From assembly GCA_024679065.1 (NCBI GenBank), contig JAGIQG010000006.1, positions 125,116,001 to 125,180,000 on the forward strand: a stretch of 64,000 nucleotides of DNA. The letters are read 5' to 3'. Numbering within the stretch: position 1 is the stretch's first letter; each line of letters opens with the position of its first letter. Shown piece after piece: positions 39,976 through 51,337 of the stretch. The stretch is from Sphyrna mokarran (Eukaryota). The translations under genes and the position numbers were made by a program. The notes under the pieces are model-generated. The model made no database searches. It was not told where the DNA came from and saw nothing but the letters and a program-made list of their open reading frames with translations.

Positions 39976-41787
39976 TTTAATACGCAGTATTCCAGTTTCA
40001 ATTATCTCATTCTTCTAACCTCCAGGGAAAACAGATCAGATTTTCTCAATCTCTCCTCAAAGGACATACCAGGAGCCAGTCTAATGAACCTTCACAGCTC
40101 TCACAATCTCTTAGTATGTCCTGCCTTAGGTAAGAGGACCAAAACTGCACAGTGTTCCAGACATAGTCTCACCAACACTATCTATAAATGTAATAAAACT
40201 TCTTTACATATTTATTTTCATCCTGTTGTAAGAATAGCCAACTCACAATTTGCCTTCCTAATTGCTTTCTGCAATTACAGGTTAAGTGTCTGAGATTCAA
40301 CTGTCTCAGAACACAAATGGTTTGATAATGATGAGACGAGCAGGGATCAGTTCTGTTGGTTAAGGAATAAATGTAGCACCAAACATGAAGGGAAATACTG
40401 GCTCTGGGATCTTTTACATCCACCTGAAATGATAGATGATGCCTCAGATTAACGTCTCATCTGAAAGGGGGCTCCTCTGACAATGCAGCATTCCCTCCCG
40501 CTTATGCATTTTTAATTATCCAGAAAGAGCTATAAGTTGCGAGATTTTACTGCTGGGTTTGTTGCTACTTTATTCATGCTATTGGCAGAATTATTTTTGA
40601 TTGAAGGTCAATAACTTGTACATTATTTAGAGAAGATTTGTGCAAGATATTTAGAAAATCACTTTGTGTTCCCAAACCTTTTTGACCTGGATTCTTCTGT
40701 GTGTAACAACATTTAATCCTTCTGATTTAGACAGACTATTTGTGTTATTATTTGTCATCATGCATTTCTGATTAGTGACAATACCTACACTAGCATTTGT
40801 TTAACAGAGCAGATAGTTTATAAACCTAACTCTTTTCAAATCTAAAAGATAAGCAAACATGTTGGTATATTGTCAAAAAGGAATTATACACATAAAGAAA
40901 GATTGAACAAGTTGAGATTCTCGTCCCTAAAGAAGAAAAGAACTTGTATCTATATAAGCACCTTTCACAACATCAGGACTTTCCATAGTGTTTCACAGTG
41001 CGCAGAACATTGAAGCAAGGGTAGGCCATTTGGCTCATCGAGCCCATTCAGCCCGTGTAACATAGGAAACTGGCACACCGCAAGCTCCCACAAACAGCAA
41101 TGTGATAATGACGCAGACTATCTGAAGAAGAGTTACGCAGACTCAAAACATTAACTGTGTTTCTCTTTCCACAAATGCTGATCTGCTGAGTCTTCCCGGC
41201 ATTTCCTGTTTTTTATTTTAGAACATCAGTCCATTAGTTGAGGGACAAATTTTGGGTAGTAAACAAGGAAAACCTCTGCAGCTATTTGTGAATTATTTAG
41301 GTCCACCTGAAAGGAGCAGACATCTCAATTTAGTTCATAAGATACAGAAGTAGAATTAAGCCATTCGGCCCATTGAGTCCACTTCACCATTCAATCATGG
41401 CTGATATGCTCCTCATTCCCATTTTCCTGCCTCTCCCCATTACCAATTAAAAATCTGTCTAACTCCTCCCTAAATTTACTCACTGCCACAGCAGCCACTG
41501 CACTTGGAGAAGTGAATTCCAGAGGTTCACAACCCTTTGGGAAGAGTAATTTCTCCTCAACTCTGTTTTAAATTTGCTACCCCTTATCCTAAGAAGATGA
41601 CCTCTCACCCTAGAATGCCTCACAAGAGGAAACATCCAGTCCATGCCTACTTTATCCATATCTTTTGTCATCTTGTATACTTCAATTTGATCTCCCCTCA
41701 TTCTTCTAAATTCCAGAGGAATGAGAAGGGGTTCATTGAAATATATAAAATTCTGACTGGGCTGGATAGGCAGAATGCAGAGATGAT

Positions 41788-42631
41788 AGCTCCTGTTTTA
41801 CCATTTTGATTCTAAATGTTAAGCGGACTTTAAACTGTGAGTGTTTCAGATCCGACTTTTAGACCCATTCTCAGGCACCCCCATATGCAATCTGCCTGAA
41901 AAATTATCAGCAATTCCAAATCGCACTGCAGAAGCCTGTGGGCAGGCCATAACGCGCCAGAAATCCTGCAGCTCCGATCGGCGCCACGAATTGCACATGC
42001 GTAGAAAAACAAAATGATAGAATGCAGCTTCCCTTCCACATAGCTCTGGGCCGGATAATGCCTCCCCCACAGACATTGACCTAGCCCCACAACATTCCTG
42101 ACCCACTTATTTGCGCCCCCCCCCCACTCCCCAAACTGATTACAGGCCCCTCCCCCCGATTTATCTCTCAGGCAGAGTGGCAGTGGATCCCCCGCTTCCC
42201 CCTCATTGATTATAGGCAGATGATAGTGGATCCTCCCTTCCATTCCTTCCCCCTACTGTTCTCAAGCAGAGAGACGTCAGACTTACCTTCCCCTCTTTCC
42301 CTCCTTAACCATTGATCTCAAGCAGAAAGCCGTCAGATGCTCAGCAGTTACCTCCTCATCAACTGGAGCCCCTAATCGGACTTTTGTAGAGCATGTCCAA
42401 TCTGCACCAATTCTGGATGAGTGAACGTGGTGGTAAAAGGAGAAGTACCAGTAAGGTTAGCCATGCCACCCAAAAGTCAATTTAAATGCATGCAAATGAG
42501 GCCATTTTCGGGCCTTGGTAAAGGGGGAACAGGCACCAAGGCGGGCATGAATCATGCCTCTTGCCTCATGCTTGACTTTACTAAATTTTCGCAGCCAAAA
42601 ACGAGGGCAACTTGATGGTAAATTTGAGCTC
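41788..42631. mobile_element. Non-autonomous DNA transposon (PIF/Harbinger-like) inserted in a CR1 fragment
   Basis: Imperfect TIRs agctcctgttttaccat / atggtaaatttgagctc. The flanks rejoin as the CR1 motif gcagagatg|atgtttcctctg. Superfamily is inferred. Confidence 0.65.
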
Positions 42632-43298
42632 AATGTTTCCTCTGACTTGGATGGGGTCACAGTCTCAGGATATGGGGTAGGCCATTTAGGACTGAGATGA
42701 GAGTGGTGAATCTGTGGGATTCTCTATCTTAGAAGGCTGAGGAGGCCAAGTCACTCAATATATTTAAGAACGAAATGGATAGATTTCTCAACTTTAAAGG
42801 CATCAAGGGTTTCGGGGAAAAGCATTGGAGTGTGGAGTTGAGATAAAGGATCAGATATGGTCATATTGATTGGCAAAGAATGCTTGACAGGCTGAATGGC
42901 TTACTCCTGCTCTTATTTTCTATGTTTCTGTGAGTTAAAATAGCAATCTGTAATAATTCCTGTTTATCAGTTAGGTAAATAGCAACTGCATTATGTTTTT
43001 ACATATAAAGAGTTACAGCCTCTCGGCTGCCAGTCAGCTCCAAAGAAGGTTCTGGAACAAAAACCGGAACTCATTGAGATGATCCCCCATCTTGTCCTCC
43101 AATTGTTTCCCCAGGGCATGTGACACTTATTCTGATGATGGATCCTTTGAAGGGATAATCACCACAATGTGATTGTGGTGAAGGAACACAGCATTAGCTT
43201 GGAAGGATAAATTTTCAGTGGCCGAATATTCCAACATTCCTGGTTTGAGGATTGTAAGTTTTTGGACTATTTGATGACGAGTTTGGAGAATGCATATG

Positions 43299-43464
43299 CT
43301 ATGCATTATACACATTGGAAATGTTCTCCTTAGGTGCTTTACTTTTTGATGTACTCTTTGGATATTTGAGTCGATAGATTCGTTCTGCCTCCATTCGCTC
43401 CTCGTGCATTATTTCTTTGTCATCCAGCACTTTCAGTGTAGGTATTTGGCTAATAACATAATGC
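43299..43464 (-). CDS. LRMDA-like LRR gene, last coding exon: (R)HYVISQIPTLKVLDDKEIMHEERMEAERIYRLKYPKSTSKSKAPKENISNVYNA*
   Basis: Completes an LRRcap motif (YRxxVIxxIPxLxVLD). Acceptor ctttattcag at 43465, phase 2 matches the previous exon, TAG stop at 43301-43299. Confidence 0.88.
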
Positions 43465-45129
43465 CTGAATAAAGCAAGAAGTACAATGTTAACTGATTGT
43501 ACATTGATGGGCCCTTGCCTTGCAATGTGCAACATCTGAGAACCTTTTACTATTATCATTTGAACTGACTGATGTTTAAACAATTTTATATTTTTCAGAA
43601 GGTACAACTTCAATTTCAAAACAAGAGCAACACTTGAGTTTACTCAACCTCACAAATGCAATAAGAACAGAAAATTTCCTTGGAGTGCTCAACATACTTG
43701 ATCAAGCCCTGGATTCAGATACATACACACACACCTACACGAGGCATACAAGTTCCAGTGAGCATTTACAGGCTTGTTTGAAGTGGGGATGTGCATTTTG
43801 GAAGTAGACATAATCACGCAGTTTAGAAATCACATAGGTTGCTTTGAGGGAAATCAGAGGTCTTTATTAAAGTCAATCCAGATAAACATCAAAGCCTAGT
43901 TACAAGGGAGGAAATGATAGAAAATAAATTCAGTTATTTAACAAAGGCCTTGGTCTGAGAGAATTCTGGACATAGAAGGGGTGATTGAAATCCACAAACC
44001 CAGACATAAGCTAGGATGTCAAGGATACTTGTAACAATAACGAATTAAGGCAGCTAATATGACTAAGTTTTCATGCTGACTGGATATTATGATTAAGCAA
44101 ACACGTGATGGTAGTGATTGGGGTTTAACATTTGTATGTTATGTATGATGTAACCTGAATCAATAATTGTGAGTGGTTAAAGATAACTCCTGTACCTTGA
44201 TTGGCACATTGCTTATAATCAAATTTGAAACTATAGCTACTTGTCCATTCCTGAATTCTGGACACTGACAGTCCGCTAGCTGGCTCCCCAGAATCCTGTA
44301 GTTATAGCTCAAATAAACAGCTGTTATGAAAACACCATGACTTGATCCGGTATGCCTTATATGGCTTAACATATAAGGGAGAGGAGAGAACCAAGACCAA
44401 GGAGGAGTAGCTAATATTATATTGGTCATAGCAGAGGTAAGAAGCCCTGATTAATAGTTCAAGCATAGCCAAAAGCTTTGGAGAAGGTGAGGTTCACAGC
44501 TATCTGCATTTTATCTTTAGCCCATTATTCATCTCAGCAAGTATTCAGTAATTTCAATCTTAAGATGCATTCATGAGATTGTCACTCACTCAATGCTGAC
44601 CTGATTCCTGTCCCTAAACTCTTTTCTCTATTCCCTTTCTGACTCCAGAAGCTGCTACATGAGGCATCTCAGAAGAGGACAATCCTCGAGGGTGTACTGA
44701 CACACTCCTCCATGTAACAGCAGGACCACTGGCACTCTGCAGGAGACCAAAGATCTTTGTGCTCTGAGATACCCAGGGTGAGTGAGCAGTACAGGTGGTG
44801 GCAGGCACAGCCTGGGAGAGAAAGCTCACTATAGAGAAGGCCGTTTCAAACTCTGCAAGTTGAGACAAAGATGAAAACCTACAGATTATAGCCAAAAAAA
44901 GGATACTCTGAGGAACTTAAGCACGATAGAAAGAAAGAAAGAAACGTTTCAAAAACTTATATTTATGTAGCATCTTTAATAAAATGTCTCAAGGCATTTC
45001 ACAAAAGCATTAAAAAACAAATATGGCACTGAGTACATTCCAAAGATGTGTGGTTAGGTAAATTGGCCATGCTAAATTATCCCTTAGTGTCAAGGGGACT
45101 AGCAGATAAATGCACGGGGTTGTGGGGAT

Positions 45130-45990
45130 AGGGACTGGGTGGAATTGTGGTCAGTGAAGGTGCAATGGGCTGAATGGCCTTCTTCTGCACTGCAGGGTTC
45201 TATGATCTATAAAGAGATATTCGATCAAAAACTTGGTCAAACAGTTGGGATTTAAGAGGCATCTTATAGGAGGAAAGCAAGGTTGGGAGGTAAGAGGTTT
45301 CAGAAGGGACATCCAGAGCTTCTCCCTCCAGAGCTTCAGGCTGAGGTAAATGAAACCATGGCCACAATTATAATTATGAATGCTCAAGAGTTCAAAATTA
45401 AAGGGGCGCAGATATCTAGAAGTGTTGTGAGACTGGAGAAGATGACAAAGGTAAGGAGCTGATCTATGGAGCAATTTGAAAAGGATAATTTTAAAGTAAA
45501 CATGCTGCTTTACTTGGAGCCAGTGTGGGTCGGCAAGCAGAGGGGTGATAGGGGAATGGGACTTGCTGCGAGTTATGACAGGGTGTTTTCAGTGATTTCA
45601 AGTTTACTGGGTGTAGCATGTGGAACAGCAGACAGTCACTGGAATAGTTCAACAGGTAACAAAGGCAGAGATGAGGCTTTCGGCACTAGATGAGTTGAGA
45701 CAGGTGCAAAGTTAGATGATGTTACGGGGGCGTACAGTCTTTGTAATGGCAGTGATATGAAGTCAGAAGCTCATCCCGGGATTAAATGAGACAGTAAGGT
45801 TTTGAACTAACTGCTTAATCTCAAACTGTTGCTCGGGAGAGGAATGGAGTCAGTAGCTACGAAGCAGAGCTTAGAGTGGGGTCCAAAAGCAATGGCTTCA
45901 GTCTTTGCAATATTTGATTGTAGTAAATTTCTGTTCAACCAGCATTGAAAGCTGGATAAGCATCAAATAATTTAACAGCTTGAATATATG
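45130..45990 (-). mobile_element. L2-type LINE fragment with a SINE tail at its edge
   Basis: L2 3' motifs (...YLCHLLQSHNTSRYLR...); degenerate. Confidence 0.65.
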
Positions 45991-46186
45991 GTGACCCAAG
46001 GTACATTCCAAAGCACTTTACAGCCATTGAAGTACTTTTGCAGTATAGTCACTGTTGTAATGCTCTAGCTGAAATCTTGAGGGAGTCAGAATGAAAACAT
46101 GGCCAAAACGATTGCACTGTGAGTACAGGTTTTCTAGGATTCCCTTGCTTATAATGTGGAGATGCGTGCATTGCACTGAAATGGGC

Positions 46187-46362
46187 ACAATAAGAAGTCT
46201 CAAAACATCAGATTAAAGTTCAACAGGTTTATTTGGAATCATAAGCTTTTGGACCACTGCTCCTTCATCAGAATCACCTGATGAAGGAGCAGCGCTCTGA
46301 AAGCTCATGATTCCAAATAAACCAGTCGAACTTTAATCTGGTGTTGTGAGACTTCTTATTGT
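46187..46362. mobile_element. Penelope-like fold-back (~85-bp arms)
   Basis: acaataagaagtctc...ctccttcatcag / ctgatgaaggag...gagacttcttattgt inverted repeat. Confidence 0.85.
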
Positions 46363-46997
46363 CCTTTGTTTAAGGAAGATTTTGAAGGGGTGATTTAATT
46401 GATGTGTTTAAAATGATTGAAGGAGTTGTTAGGATAGATAGAGGGACTCTATTTATTTTAACAGAGAGGGATCAGGACAAGGGGGAGTAACCTTAGAACT
46501 AGATTACTTAGGGTGATGTCAAGAAGCACATGTTCATACAAAAGGTAGGGAAATCTGGAATTCTCTTCCCAAAAAAACAACTGAGGTTGTGGGGGGTGAA
46601 AATATCAAAACTGGGATTGATAGATTTTTGCTAGGTATGGGGGACATTGAACTGAGGTAAGATGCAGATCAGCCATGACTTAACTGTGATGGAACAAGTA
46701 TGAGGGGCTGAATGGCCTCCATCTGTTCCCAAGGAACTTCTGAGTAATTGCTCAGCCACTCCAGAGGTATCCTTCCAGTCTCTTCTTCTTCTGAAAGTAA
46801 TCTGATTTTACACATTGGGATATTAAGCATGAAGCTATGACGATTCTTCAGATAGATTACAAGGTTCCAACAGATTTATCCCCAAAAATCTAAAATCGGA
46901 GATTCAAAATTTGTAAATTCTGCTTCACCACACCTATTATGGTTGTACACGTCTCATTCTTTTCATTGTCCTTGCCTAATGAAGGGTTACTACTCAC

Positions 46998-47075
46998 CTA
47001 TAATCCATGTAGTCCTGTAGGCTTCCGCCATTAAAATAACTCGGTGCCGCCCCGTTGTTCATCATGCTCAGAATC
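46998..47075 (-). CDS. LRMDA-like LRR gene exon: (R)[25 protein letters not shown](R)
   Basis: 78 nt, phase 2-2, cgttag acceptor (weak pyrimidine tract), AG|GTGAGT donor. Corresponds to LRMDA YLSLLGNVACPN...EDYKRYR. Confidence 0.88.
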
Positions 47076-49065
47076 CTAACGTTCCATGTGCAAAATAACG
47101 AGTCATTAAACTAGTTGCGCCCCATATCCAAATACTCAGCAAGCAGACAGCTAAAGAAATACACAACAAAGCAATCATAAAAAGACAACTATAATATTTG
47201 TCCTGCTATTGAAACTGACCGCAAATTGACATAATCCGATATCTTTTTGTCTTCTGTATTTTATATTCCTCTTCAGGTAAATCTTTAATATTTAGGAGCC
47301 TGCAACAACTGCATTGCTCCCAGCTTCATTTACAAAACGCTGCTATGGTCCTGAATGACATAATTAATCATTCAGACTATTTTAATAATGTTAGCCTCAT
47401 GGCAAAAGATTGGTCGGGGAAAAGGAGGATTCTGTTCTAGCAATTTGACACCAGCTCTTTGTACACTTGCTTGCAGGCAATGCAAAGCTGCATACTGAAG
47501 ATGTTTAAAGGATTGCTCTTTTTTTCAGCACAATGCTCAGGAGTTTCTTATCTCAAAAGGTACAGTGAAGCACTCTCCCTAACATGACAATGGTGACTAC
47601 TCTTCAACATCGCATCATTGGCTGGCAAGGGCTTTTGAGACGTCCTGAGGTCATGAAAGGCACCATAGATATTTTCTCTTCTCTCCTTTCTTGCTTCCTT
47701 CAATTCGTCCAGGCACTTTGAGTATGATTAAAAAATAATTTTTCCTCATGTTGCTTTCAGCCCTTTACTCTGACGTTTGGTTTTATTATGTTTCAGTTAT
47801 ATCTTCTAAATTCCAGAGAATTTAGACCCACTAGGGAACAATTTTAAATCAATTGCACTCATCAGATCTGACGGGTGTAAAATCGAGGTTCGATCAAACC
47901 CACGGATTTTCATGTAGTTTAAAACTCCACTATGCAGCAAATTACGGCAAAAACTCTTTTCTGGCTTCAACATTGCGAGAGATTGGATTGAAAGAATCAT
48001 TTAGATGAGCACTTTAAGGGCCATATTATTCATAGAATCATAGAAACACTCTTGTGCAAATGGAGGCCATTCAGCCCACCGAGTCTGCACCAACAACAAT
48101 GCCACCGTATTCCCAGAATACCACATAGTTATCCTGTTAATCCCTCTAACCTACACATCCTGGGACACTAAGGGGCAATTTAGCTTGGGCAATCAACCTA
48201 ACTCACACATCTTTGGACTGTGGAAAGAAACCGGAACACCCTGAGGAAACCGACGCAAACATGTACAAACTCTGCAAAGACCTGAGCCAGAAATCCAACT
48301 CAGGTCCCTGGAGGTGTGAGGTAGCAGTGCTAACTACTGTGCCACTGTGCTGCCCTCGATGCTACCATGCCGCCCTCAAGATTACAGACCTAGTGCTAGA
48401 AAATGGGATTAAATGGATAGGTGCTTGATGGCTGGTGCAGGCATGGTGGGCTAAAGGGCCTCTTTCCGTGCTGTAAAACTCTATATCTATGACTGATGAT
48501 CCCGAGTGCTGGTTAATGGTTGTCTAAATCACTGGGCAACAAGGGCAGTTAACAACAGCAAACGACCAGTAGGAATTGACACAATCTTCAAAGGATACTT
48601 GAAGGAAAGTTAGAGACAACAGTAATACTTAGACTTTTATAGCACAGAAGCAGGCTAATTGTCACTTTGCCATATGAGCCTCCTTGCACCACATTTCATC
48701 TCACCCAATCAAACAGATTGTCCCATTCCAGTGTAAACGGCTAAAATCATTCACTCCCTGACCAGTGATCTGAGGGTAATTTTCCATAAGATCTGGAGTC
48801 TGCTGACACCTGCTGGTTTGTTTTAGTTTTGCACCAGAATCTGTGAAAATGCAACTCACAACATTGCAGCAGTGATTTAGATGTGAGCTAGAACCAGAGA
48901 TGCAAATTATCCAACTCAATTGTATATATATTTCTGTGGGCAATCACAGAATAGTAACAGTGTTAAAGCGTTTTTGGGGTGGGGGACAGACTCCATAAGG
49001 TATAACCCCTGTGGTTGTTGCTCTCATGACATTCCACCCCTTGTGTCTTAACAAAAATAAACCAT

Positions 49066-49455
49066 GGGTTGGCTGTGACAGTGGGTACCACTTCTGCCTT
49101 CGGGTCAGAAAGCTGTGGCCTCAAGTCCTAGTGTGGAGACTTGTGTGCTAACATCTGAGCTGACATACCAGTGCACTGCTGGAGGACTGCTACAGTAGTA
49201 GAGCCATGACTTAATGAAAATCTTTTAAATGAAAAGTTAAATCAGGGACCCACCTGACCTCTCAAATGTATGTCAAAGCTCCATTTTAACAAAAAACAAA
49301 AGAGTTCTCTTTGAGGTGCTGACCAATATTTATCCCTCAAATCAATATCACTGAAAAACAGATTATCTCGTCATTATTTTGGTGCTGTTTGTGAGGTTTT
49401 GTTGTGCAGAAATTGGGTGTCGTGTTTGTAGCGTAACAACAATGATTCCACTTTA
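49066..49455 (+). mobile_element. Old DeuSINE/SacSINE1-like SINE
   Basis: tRNA-like head, Deu-domain-like core and ...ccaatatttatccctca...acagattatct...gctgtttgtg tail. Other copies at ~1-220, ~40370-40500 (-) and ~57975-58200. Confidence 0.65.
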
Positions 49456-51154
49456 GTCAGATTTTTAATTGCTGGTGAAGGGTGACTTCGGCAGCAATTT
49501 AAAAATTACATTCTTGGAGATCATCTTGACGCCTTCAAGAGGCACCATGATTTTCATATGGAGGGCGGTGGAATGGGAGGCAGAACTTGTGCCTTCAGTT
49601 AATGGCTCATTAAGTTCTTTAAGAAGTTTATTTACAGGCCATGCCAGGGTGGGGGGGGGGGGGGGGGTGGCGGTGGTGGTTGGGATTTTGTGGACAAACT
49701 GGAACAGTTTGGTATACATTAATGTCTGGGGCTCATTGTTGATAGAACCAAAAGTTCATTTCTAATAGATTGTTTGTTTATGCAACATCTTGCACTAGAT
49801 CAAGAGCATTATTTTCATCTTGGTGGCACAGTCATTTTCCTTGGCTTAAAGCTATCTGCTCTATCCTAAAAGACAGCAGAAGGCTCCATCATGGCACATG
49901 CTTTGCAGACAGCTCCTGCCTCCTGGTATTGTGTGCCAGGTTTGCCTCTTGCCTAATTAGAGTATTCGCATTTCAAAATGCTATGGAGTTAGCCCCCAGA
50001 ATGTATTTGAGCATCACATTCCCAATCCCGCAAGTTTGGCACTATATAAATGCAAGTCTTTCTTTTGTTTACAATTCTCAGTTTTGAAATTTTCAAATTG
50101 ACCTCTGTGAATGTCTTTCGCCCAGAAGTGTTGCAAAAAGGATAATGTAGTTTTCTTTTTGAAAAGTCTGTAGAATCTGTAATTGTTTTAAAGGATGTTT
50201 GAAAAGAATTTATAAGGGTTTACATCAGTTATAAAGGGAACAATTGTGGTCTTCTTGAATTGTAAGGATTACTGGTTCATTAGGCTTGGCAACCTTTAAC
50301 TTGGAAGCTGTGCCAGAGGATGGAACTTTGAGAAAGAAGCTGAGAGGTTGGCTGATACAAAGGAGAGCTGCAGGCACAAAGGAGTGAGAGGGTAAAGGTG
50401 ACCAACACACAGATGCAGATAGAAAGATAAAGCAGACAGGGACAGAAAGAGGGACCAGAGAATTTTTATGAGCAGAAGAAGCAAATCACTCTCAGGAAGA
50501 GTTCGGCTTTTCTGTTTGGCAGGAAAGGAGAAAGAAGTTCTTAGAGAGAATTGCAGGGGAGTGGGGGGGTGGAGGGGAGGGGTGCAGTGGCAGCGGTCCC
50601 AGGGCTGGCCAGCAATCAGGAGGCCAGCAGTGCGGTACTACTGTGCATGTGCCAATCTCGGCACGGACTGATCAGTGCATAAGCAATGGCCCATTCAGCA
50701 CTATGCTACCACCCTCTCCAGGGGGCAATAGACCTAACCCATTGATTATTGTTTCATGCTACTGCACTCTGCGGTGCACCGAGTGTGGGAGATTCATTTT
50801 AAAACTCTGGCTCAAAAAAACCAGTGTGATTTACTCCAGTTTTTACATGAATTCGATACTTAGAATTTTTTTGAGAATCCATCCTCTAGTATCACATCTG
50901 TGTATGGAGTGACATGAATGCTTGAGATTGGTGAAGACGTATCTTTGTCGTATGGACAATTTAAAGTGAAATTTACCTCTTTTTTATTTGAAGTATCATT
51001 TGCCTGTTAAATGTGATTTGCATTGGTTTTGCTTCATGTTAAAGTAACATCTACAAAAAGCGTAATCTTCATGTGACTGAAATTCAAGTTGCCACAAACA
51101 GGACATCAAAATGTCCGAAAAAAAAATAGCTCTTTCAATATACGTATACCTTAC

Positions 51155-51337
51155 CTGATTTGAGGAAGGTTTTTAGCTATCTCTGCAATGAAAATAGCCA
51201 AATTAGTAATTTTGTTCTTATTTATCCACAAGATGGTGAGATTTGGCATGTAAGCAAACTTAACATGAGAGGTGAAATTGTTGCCATCCAAAATCAATGT
51301 AGTTAATTTTCTCAGCTCCCCAAGCTGTGAAAGGTTT
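51155..51337 (-). CDS. LRMDA-like LRR gene exon: (E)[60 protein letters not shown](R)
   Basis: Not in the ORF track; translated by hand. Two LxxLxLxxNxL/I repeats, 183 nt, phase 2-2, AG|GTAAGG donor. Confidence 0.9.

Noticed and set aside
43215-43301. Possible stop-codon readthrough of the LRR gene (27 open codons after TAG)
   Set aside because: The TAG CAT ATG context does not match known leaky motifs, and the length is within chance.
49631-49647. Long poly-G run (also at ~2413-2424)
   Set aside because: Simple homopolymers of uncertain length with no evidence of function.
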